Shown: piece after piece, positions 55,301 to 64,000 of the stretch
Layout of the letters: the number at the start of each line of letters is the position of its first letter
Numbering within the stretch: position 1 is the first letter of the stretch
Source: Eledone cirrhosa
Lineage: Eukaryota
Direction of reading: 5' to 3'
DNA length: 64,000 nt
Assembly (NCBI GenBank): GCA_964016885.1
Contig: OZ024740.1
Span: 441,502,001 to 441,566,000 of the forward strand
Translations under genes and position numbers: made by a program
Notes under the pieces: generated by a model
What the model was told of the DNA's origin: nothing
The model's database searches: none
Seen by the model: the letters and a program-made list of their open reading frames with translations, nothing else

Positions 55301-55502
55301 ACTTGCCGGCAAGGACAAGTTGAGCTTCCAGTAACCGGGGCCCTGTCTATGCGTTCTATCAAGGTTGACCATGCAGGTCACCAACTTGTGGTCTGAATAG
55401 CCAACCATGAGCATTTCTGGACAACTTAAAAAGTCCCTGTCCTTATTTCTAACTAAAAATCTATCTAGGTACGATCTAGATGATCCGCTGCGATTTGACC
55501 AA
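52376..55502 (-). mobile_element. 5'-truncated Tx1/L1-clade LINE (APE C-terminus, RT, Cys-rich domain) with 16-bp TSD
   Basis: SYLDRFLV..SDH, GYWKLN, SPGLDGLP, FRPITLLN, LDQSKAFDRVDH, RQGCPLS, YADD; TSD gacatatagacagata at 52360-52375 and 55503-55518. Confidence 0.95.
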
Positions 55503-55830
55503 GACATATAGACAGATAGATGGACAAACAGACAGGAAAAAGACACAGAGAGAAAAACAATGAAGCAGGCCTCGGCAAACTAAGAACGACTAGCTCCGAT
55601 AAACAGAATTAGTAGTGTGAAAGTGTTTCGTTGTTCCAGAAATCAAACCCTTTGGCGGGAAAGTTGAGCTGCGATTTATTCATGTCCTTTTATTTGTTTA
55701 TCATCCGCTTAACAACATTGAAAGGGGAGGTAAGTGGTGCCAGTCCACTATGTTGTATATGGACTTGAAAGACTATCCTCTTTGTAAAATAGATTTAAAT
55801 GACATTGTTAAGTAACAAAGCCCCTGTTTA

Positions 55831-57050
55831 TACAGGGTGTCTAAAAAAACTGGTTCCATTTTTATTTTTATCTACATTATTCATTTTATGACAAAATCTT
55901 ATGACATTCCGGATATATATAGTTCTAACCATTCGAAACAATATATTAAAAGTTCACTATCTTCCGATGTTTCTGTCTAGAGTTACAGCACATGTTCCAA
56001 CTGAACCCCATTTGAATCCATGTATTGTTTTGAAGTACATGTTGAAGTTTGGCATAACGCATTTACAAACAGACCTAGGGATGGCTCTGATCTCCTCCCT
56101 CATATTTTTCTTTAGGGTTTGTAGATATATACGTTATCCTTCAGATATCCACAAAGAAAAAAACTAATCAATCGATTTCCAATGTTATTTTTCAGTCATT
56201 CTTGCGACTCATTGGGTATGTGACAGCTTTCTTCGTCTTGAAGAAACCACAACGTATTCATTAGAGGTAGGCACTTGCTCTGTAGCTCTTTTTTGAAATC
56301 TTCCGGGACCTCCACATAGCGTCCCTTTGGGACTGTACCAGTGACACTATTTGCTTCAAACAAGAAAGAGCCAATGAACCCTCTCTCAGAAATAGCAGCC
56401 CAGAGGGTACATTTAGCCGAGTGGAGGTGTTCTACAGCCACTTCAGTGGGTTTCTCTGACCCCCAGAACACATTGTTGTTACAGTTGATCTTCCCTTCTA
56501 AGTAAAAGAGGCCTTCATCGGAGTTTCACAGCAGATTCACAAAATCTCGATTGTTTTCTATCTTCTCCATCATTTTCTCATTCACAGCCATTCTCTTGGT
56601 CTTATCAACTGCTGTAAGCTTTTGTTTAGTCAGTTTTCTGTAGCAGAACTTCCTAAGATCCCATAGACAACTCTTCTGCAAGTTTTTCAAGAGAGACTCA
56701 AGGGTTTCTTTCTCCTATGCAGCGATCATTTTGGGCTCTGTTAAACAGACTCTGACCATGTGAATAACTTCCCGTGTACGTTTCCTGGGTTGTCCAGAGT
56801 GGCTAGGACATTATATTCGGGTTCTTCACTCTTCCATAACTCTCAAACGTTCTAAAGATTTCATTAAACTTCTCCTGGGGCTGCTTATACTAGACACACT
56901 TATAGTAGTGTTTCACGCAGGAAATCCGGTGTTGGGGCTCTCATTGGAGTGTTGGGGTCTTCTCAGTCATTGTATCTGCCATGTCCATTTAAGGTTAATA
57001 GGCCATAAAATGTATACACAATAACACAAAATGTATGGAGGTCAGTTTTG
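55831..57050 (-). mobile_element. Degraded Tc1/mariner-superfamily DNA transposon
   Basis: Terminus TA-CAGGGTGTC; peptide FWGSEKP..LHSAKCTLWAAIS..IGSFLFE..WFLQD..H typical of DDD/E transposases; right boundary uncertain. Confidence 0.75.
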
Positions 57051-57711
57051 TTGGTTCTTTTGTGGGTCTGGATAGGTAAGGTAAGAGACATAATCCTGGC
57101 TTCTTCTCCCGTTTAAAGTTATTTCACTTCATTAATGTAGAAGGAACTTAACAAATATTCCATATCGCCTCAATCTATACAATTGCCGCTTTATGTTTTG
57201 TAAGAAACTTGTTTGCTATTTTTTCTAGTGGGCAGGGGGGGTTAAAGATGCAAAAGAGAAAACTCTATTAAGGACTGAATCCTTAATAGATATTCCTATC
57301 AAGTTTTCTTCTTTTCTATCAGATTAGGTGGCTTTTTCTTTTCTTTTATTTATTATTTATTATTGTTATTGTTATTGTTATTATTATCGTTTCTATTATT
57401 ATTGTTGTTGTTTCCCCCACTGATAGACTGAAGGATGCCAACAGCATAATTGGTATGAAAGAAGCAGTGGAGACGGAATAATTGCAGTGTAAAGCCATGA
57501 GAATATAAAGCATTGCGATTGAGGAATGCTAGAAATCTCCCTTGCACTCTGCAAACAAGTGAAACTCTCCGTGTTAGTCAGATGGGAACACACAAGCAAT
57601 GCTTGCATGGAAAATCGAATGAGCAAAAGCTTCCATTATTCCTTGTGGACACAAGTTGGTAGATTTTCAATAGAACCTGTATATATTCTGCCTGTGTAAG
57701 TGTATGAACAC

Positions 57712-57934
57712 GTGTGTCTGTGTGTTTCTGTGTGTTTCTCTGTGTGTTTCTGTGTGTGTGCCTGTGTGTGTTTCTGTGTCTGTGTATGTGTATGTTTCTG
57801 TGTGTGCCTGTGCGTGTGCCTGTGTGTGTTTCTGTGTCTGTTTCTGTGTGTGTGTGTCTGTGTATGTGTATGTTTCTGTGTGTGCCTGTGCGTGTGCCTG
57901 TGTGTGTTTCTGTGTGTGTGTGTGTGTGTGTGTG

Positions 57935-57987
<53 letters not shown>

Positions 57988-57999
57988 TTATGTGTGTGT

Positions 58000-58037
<38 letters not shown>

Positions 58038-58052
58038 CTGTGTGTGTGTGTG

Positions 58053-58107
<55 letters not shown>

Positions 58108-58200
58108 CTGTGTGTGTGTGTGTGTGTTTCTGTGTGTGTGTGTGTGTGTTTCTGTGTGTTTCTGTGTGTGTGTGTGTGTTTCTGTGTGTGTGTGTGTGTG

Positions 58201-58268
<68 letters not shown>

Positions 58269-58300
58269 TATGTGTCTGTCTCTGTGTTCCTCTCTCTCTC
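57712..58300. repeat. Degenerate (GT)n / GTTTCT microsatellite
   Basis: Seen directly. Confidence 0.95.
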
Positions 58301-59217
58301 TTGACATGATATTAAGTTATATGAATACGTCTGTGCAAGTATTCAGCAAATGTAAGTCTAATATCTATGTATATTTCCACATCTCCCTGCCTCTATTTAT
58401 CTATGTATCATTGCATTACATCACATATATATATATATATAACATATATATATATACATATGTGTGTGTTTGACTATATATCTGTGTGTGTACCCCTTCT
58501 TATGAGCTTTGTCTGTATCAATATGCTTATGAACTTGGAGAGTAAATTCAGTGCGTGTGATTAATATATAATTCTATAGATGCATCATTTGGCGCAAACA
58601 CTGCTATCTGCAATTGTGTGTATACATGTGTGTATAGAGGTGTATCTGTTTAATATCAGTATGTTCGCTATGTATCTGGGAATCTCAGTCTATAGCAATG
58701 AATACAAGTACAAATATATCCTGTTCTATACCATACCAATTTTCGTAATGTTTAAATTACTGATAGCTCCGTGATTTTATATAGAATACACTTTCTGCTG
58801 GTGTGTACCGGGTCATCCTTTACAATAGAATAAGTGTGTTTCTGCCTTTAAAATCTGCAATATATGTACTTGTCTTGTCAGTGGTAAGAAACTGTCAGGT
58901 GAGCTGGACAGCAGAAGGTCTTCAGATAAGAACCTCAAGCGAGTGTTTCGGCCTTTCTTACACTCTAAGAGAGCTGGGCCGGGCTGTGACTAGTGGGTGC
59001 CCTTCTACTGACATTTAGCCGTTCGGAAATCGGAGACTTGCTGTGTGGAGATTTTGTTGAATATATGTTTCTGCCTTGTCTGTATAAATCGTTTTTAGAC
59101 ATCCTATAGCAATCTTTAGTAATATATACTACTATGCGATCGACCATGTGTATATATATATACATACTATTGTGTGGTAGACTATATGAATATATATTAA
59201 GAGCCGGTGGTAGGCCC

Positions 59218-59440
59218 ATATCCATTTGTTCAAAAGACCAGACAAATCCAACCAAAATATACTCGTCTCCTATGCCTGGAACCTCAAGAGGAACTCCACC
59301 CCTTTCACGGTCAAATAGAAATTGCTCCAGAGAGCGCGCTCATATGTAGGAAGACACAAGTGTTGCGATCTTTGTATTTCGGAGAGCTATGAAATACTAA
59401 CAAGGGCCCGACACGGAACAAACTCTCTCAACACTGCCCC
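59218..59440 (+). pseudogene. Naiad-type GIY-YIG C-terminal fragment
   Basis: LVSYAWNLK.. then [20 protein letters not shown]. Confidence 0.65.
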
Positions 59441-59688
59441 AACTACACAAAAACTATGTATTAGTTCTGCCCCCAGAACATATGTGTGTATATGTGTGTG
59501 TATTTGTTTATGTGTGTGAGTGTGTATATATGTATATATATATGTGTGTATATATATGTATATATGCGTGTGTATGTATATATATATATATATATGTGCA
59601 TGTATATATGTATACATGTGTATATGTATATATGTGTGTATATGTATGTGTGTGTATATTTGTATGTGTGTGTATATTTGTATGTGTG

Positions 59689-59755
<67 letters not shown>

Positions 59756-59859
59756 TATACATATATACATTATACATATATATATGTATACTTTATATAT
59801 GCTTTTAAATTAATCAATAAACATTTGGATAAACTACGGTGTGTTTTTTCTTCGAATGC

Positions 59860-60664
59860 TGTCCAGCAGCAGCAACAACAACAACAGCAGCTACAACGGC
59901 AACAACAACAACAGCTACAACAACAACAGCAACAACAACATCAACAACAGCAACAACGACAACGACAACGACAACAACAACAACAGTGTGAACCACTTCT
60001 TGATTCATCAACAATGGCCGATCTACTAAATGAAACTATTGACCTCCCAGTAGCCTCTGTCTCACAGCATGAAACGCCACATCCTTTCTCTGGCCCAGCA
60101 GTCCAATCATCACCACTGCCAACATCTTCTCTGCCTACTACTACTACTACTACTACAACATTTTTGTCTACTGCTACGTCAAGGAATTTACCTTCTTATA
60201 CCAGAACAAGAACTCTCCCTCCCACAGTCCACAAAGGTCGTCAAATCCTACTCAAACCATCATCTACACCTCTCACAACACACACACCCACATACCCACC
60301 CACTCGAAACCCCATCATTTGCCGCTACTCTCTACGCTATAGAATATGTACGGATAGTGGCTGCAAATTCACCCATTTACCTAGGACAAAACGATCTATC
60401 CCCACAAACAGCCACCACCATAATACATACTCTAATTTAACACCAACACAACCACCAATAACTCAAACAAGGAATCCACAAATCTGCCGCTTTTCCCTGC
60501 GAGACAGATTGTGTTTAGACCGGGATTGTCCCTTTACCCATCTCCCGGGGACCCGTCGGACAAATGAAAATAAAATTAAAAATAAAAGCAAAAACAAAAA
60601 CCATAACCTACATAAAAATAACCACTACAGTCTTCTAAACAGGAAACTTCTTCCTCTTTTTTAG
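59860..60664 (+). CDS. LINE ORF1-like protein with poly-Q tract and two CCCH zinc fingers
   Basis: ICRYSLRYRICTDSGCKFTH and ICRFSLRDRLCLDRDCPFTH (C-x8-C-x4-C-x3-H); start codon uncertain. Confidence 0.65.
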
Positions 60665-60755
60665 CCATAATGAATCTGGCAAAAGAACTGGAAAAAAACA
60701 TTCGAGCTATCACCCAGCACCACCCTCCACTATCTCCCCACTGCACAAACTCCCA

Positions 60756-61883
60756 TTGCTGCCATTAACAAACAAACAAATTAACAACACACCAAAACAA
60801 TTAAAACCATCCACTCTCGCCTCTACATTTTTGCTTAACGCCCAAGGCATCAGCCCTTCCACCAATACTCAAAAATGGAAGATCAAATTCCTGGAGGACT
60901 GGATTGATGTCCATCCAAACCACATCCCTTTCTTCGTCCTCACTGAAATCCATCTCAGTAACCTCCACTTGGAAGCCGAGGTGAAAGTGAAAAATTTCAA
61001 AGCCATCCGTGCTGATCGCGCTGGCAGAAGAAAGGGCGGAACTGCCATTTATGTCCATAATTCTTTCTCAACAGAGGCTATGAACATATTCACTAATGGA
61101 TACTGTGAAGCAGTCACTGTATTCAGTCAAACCAACAACCTATTAGTAGTTGGGCTCTATAGGCCACCCCAAACGCCTGTACCATGCTTCAAGGAATGCC
61201 TCAACAGCATAAAGTGTTTCATCCAAGAGTGTCACCCTGACAACATCTTAATGATGGATGACTTCAACCTCCCCGGAGTTGACTGGTCCACAAACAGCCT
61301 GCCACCAGGTTCTTCTGCCTCAACCTCTGACAGGGAAGCAGTGGAATCGCTTCTTGACTTCATGGATGATTTCTTCCTGTCCCAACTGGTGCTCGAACCA
61401 ACGAGGTGCCACAAAAACGTCCTAGACTTAATTTTCAGCAATCACACTGACAATATCCACAATATTGCAGTGGAGAAAACTCTACTCTCTGATCATGACA
61501 TGGTTCTCTGTGATCTGAGATTCCACCGTCCAATATACAAACCCAATGTCATCTCTCCTGTCCATCCGTTTGACGCTATGGATTTCCACAATGCAAACTG
61601 GGAAGCGATCAGTCATGATCTTGCACATGTCGACTGGTCCTTCACGCACACTCATACACCCACTAACATCAAAAAGTCCTGGCAGACATTTGTGGACACT
61701 GTTACAAACATATGTGCTAAACACACCCCATTAAGAACTATAAACAAATCTAAGAGCAGAATCCCTAGAAATAGAAAAACGCTCATCAGAAAAATTAAGA
61801 GAACGAACAAAAAAAATCAACAAGCTGAAATACTGTCAGCAGCAACACATCAACTTGACTGCCATTTCATCACTAGAGATTAA
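60756..61883 (+). CDS. ORF2 N-terminal part: APE endonuclease
   Basis: LNAQG, LTE, RADR..KGG, GLYRPP, (G>D)DFN, PTR..NVLDL, SDH. Confidence 0.88.
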   Translation: MLPLTNKQINNTPKQLKPSTLASTFLLNAQGISPSTNTQKWKIKFLEDWIDVHPNHIPFFVLTEIHLSNLHLEAEVKVKNFKAIRADRAGRRKGGTAIYVHNSFSTEAMNIFTNGYCEAVTVFSQTNNLLVVGLYRPPQTPVPCFKECLNSIKCFIQECHPDNILMMDDFNLPGVDWSTNSLPPGSSASTSDREAVESLLDFMDDFFLSQLVLEPTRCHKNVLDLIFSNHTDNIHNIAVEKTLLSDHDMVLCDLRFHRPIYKPNVISPVHPFDAMDFHNANWEAISHDLAHVDWSFTHTHTPTNIKKSWQTFVDTVTNICAKHTPLRTINKSKSRIPRNRKTLIRKIKRTNKKNQQAEILSAATHQLDCHFITRD

Positions 61884-63777
61884 AAAACATAACCTCCAAA
61901 ACAACATAATGTCCCTCATCAACAATCAGAGAAGAGCTGAAGAGGCCTGGGCCATTGAGAAGATCAAACTCAATCCCAAAGTGTTCTTTTCATTTGCAAA
62001 AAAACACAAAATCACTGGCTCTACTGTTGGCCCTCTAATTGATGAAAATGGCACTCTTCAAGACAATGCTAAAACCATGGGTGAGATACTGCAGAAACAA
62101 TACTGCTCTGTTTTCAGCAATCCTGATATGGCCGATCTGGGCTGTATCGGCGATGTTACTCCCCATTACACCTTATCGGACATAACGTTTGGCGCCCCTG
62201 ATGTCTTAGCGGCAATAAAGGAAATCAAGCATAATTCAGCAGTAGGTCCCGATAGGTTCCCTGCTTGTGTCTTGAAGGCGTGTCAACACCAACTTGCATC
62301 TCCTCTTGCCAATCTGTGGCGGAACTCACTGGATGCTGGATATGTGCCAGAAAACCTTCTATCCCAGTCTGTTGTCCCAGTTTTCAAAAAGGGAAACAAA
62401 TCCCTTGCCGTGAATTACCGTCCAATCTCACTCACCTCTCATATCCTTAAGGTATTTGAGAGAGTGGTGAGATCGCGAATGACCCACTTCCTTGAGAGTA
62501 ACAATATGCTGAACTCCAACCAGCATGGATTCCGTAATGGAAGGGATTGCCTGACGCAGCTACTGCATCACTTTGAAGACATTTTGAGAGCCTTGGGAGA
62601 GGGTTCCAATACTGATGTTATCTACCTTGATTTCAGTAAGGCCTTTGACAGGGTTGATCATAACATTCTACTGAGAAAGCTGTCCAATATTGGTGTCACT
62701 GGAAAGCTGCTGCAGTGGATCAAGAGCTTCCTGTCAAATAGAACCCAACATGTTGTAGTTGAGGGAGTCAAATCCAGCCCAGCCAAAGTCAGTAGTGGGG
62801 TCCCACAAGGAACTGTGTTGGGCCCACTTCTCTTCATCATCTATATTAATGACATCACTGACATCATCAAACACAGCAACATTAAAATTTTCGCTGATGA
62901 TTCCAAGCTCCAAAAGGTCATCAATGGCGTGGATGACCGGATAAGCCTTCAGTCAGACCTACTGGCTGTTACCCAATGGGCGGAAAAGAATAACATGTTA
63001 CTGAACGAAGACAAATTCGAACTGATCCACTTTGGAAAAGAGGATGCTCTGAAACTCCCGTACTCCCTTCCCTCCGGGGAAACTCTCGTGGCATCTAACA
63101 ACATCAGAGACTTGGGAGTAACCGTGGACAGCAACATAAGCTGGGCCACGCATATAAGCAGCAAAGTTGACATGGCCCGCAGAATGTGTTCCTGGATCCT
63201 CAGAACCTTCCAGTCGAGAGATTCCCACACCATTATCCTTCTCTTCTCTACTTTTGCCCGACCACACCTTGAATACTGTTGTCCACTGTGGTCTCCCCAC
63301 ACGAAACAAAGTATCATGAAACTTGAAGCTCCTCAAAAGGCAATCACGAAAAAGATAGATGGCATGTCAGACCTTGACTACTGGGGTCGACTAGAAAACC
63401 TGAAACTTTACTCACTCCAACGTCGCCGTGAGCGTTATATTATCTGCATGATGTGGAAAATGTTCCATCATCACTGCCCAAATGATGTTGGCATCGCCTT
63501 CAAGATACACCCAAGGCTTGGGCCCCGTGCTATCCGTCCCATTCAAAAATCTAAATCGCAACTCATAACAACAATACGGCACAATTATTTCACCTCAATC
63601 GGCCCTGCTCTCTTCAACATCACACCAGGACACGTCAAAACAGAAACTGACCACACAAACTTCAAGAAGTCTTTGGACAAATTCCTCCAAGTAATCCCGG
63701 ACAAACCACCCACACCCGGATATGTCTCCGCAAACAGTAATTCTCTTCTCGAATGGGCCATGGTGCCCAAATCCTGA
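61855..63777 (+). CDS. ORF2 C-terminal part: reverse transcriptase
   Basis: NYRPISLTS, QHGFR, YLDFSKAFDRVDH, SGVPQGTVLGPLLF, FADD, RDLGV; joined to APE by removing one A from the A8 run at 61809-61816. Confidence 0.93.
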   Translation: MTAISSLEIKKHNLQNNIMSLINNQRRAEEAWAIEKIKLNPKVFFSFAKKHKITGSTVGPLIDENGTLQDNAKTMGEILQKQYCSVFSNPDMADLGCIGDVTPHYTLSDITFGAPDVLAAIKEIKHNSAVGPDRFPACVLKACQHQLASPLANLWRNSLDAGYVPENLLSQSVVPVFKKGNKSLAVNYRPISLTSHILKVFERVVRSRMTHFLESNNMLNSNQHGFRNGRDCLTQLLHHFEDILRALGEGSNTDVIYLDFSKAFDRVDHNILLRKLSNIGVTGKLLQWIKSFLSNRTQHVVVEGVKSSPAKVSSGVPQGTVLGPLLFIIYINDITDIIKHSNIKIFADDSKLQKVINGVDDRISLQSDLLAVTQWAEKNNMLLNEDKFELIHFGKEDALKLPYSLPSGETLVASNNIRDLGVTVDSNISWATHISSKVDMARRMCSWILRTFQSRDSHTIILLFSTFARPHLEYCCPLWSPHTKQSIMKLEAPQKAITKKIDGMSDLDYWGRLENLKLYSLQRRRERYIICMMWKMFHHHCPNDVGIAFKIHPRLGPRAIRPIQKSKSQLITTIRHNYFTSIGPALFNITPGHVKTETDHTNFKKSLDKFLQVIPDKPPTPGYVSANSNSLLEWAMVPKS

Positions 63778-63871
63778 ATTGAAAGACTTCGCCAGGTGGT
63801 GCTATTAAGTTAGACATGGCCTGGGCCAATACTGGCCAAAACATTTCAAAGTTATTCAAAGTTATTCAAAG

Positions 63872-63961
<90 letters not shown>

Positions 63962-64000
63962 CTGAAGATAGCATATATATGTGTAGGTATGTATATTCCC

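Larger units (their letters stand above)
59800..63873 (+). mobile_element. Near full-length CR1-group LINE between (TA)n tracts
   Basis: ORF1, APE and RT present; tail (ttcaaagtta)x3 then (TA)n; 5' boundary approximate. Confidence 0.9.

Overview
AT-rich, microsatellite-dense animal DNA with no recognisable host gene. The SINE and LINE repertoire resembles octopod cephalopods (inference only). The window consists almost entirely of retroelement debris: several Penelope-like elements (PLEs; RT plus C-terminal GIY-YIG, mostly Naiad-type), two Tx1/L1-clade LINEs, a near full-length CR1-group LINE plus a 3' fragment, CRE-clade fragments, tRNA-derived SINEs, DNA transposon remnants, and mini/microsatellites. 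The main structure not explained by the ORF track is a dense set of about 15 hammerhead-ribozyme (HHR) motifs or half-motifs from many unrelated families, together with over a dozen inverted repeats or palindromes (40 bp to 1.16 kb arms), most abutting (TA)n tracts. Many are non-coding fold-back units made of an inverted tail, an HHR or its 3' half, and a tail. Two carry tRNA-like heads instead, and one is a 637-bp direct-repeat, retrozyme-like unit. All folds and alignments were done by eye, so boundaries are approximate unless stated otherwise.
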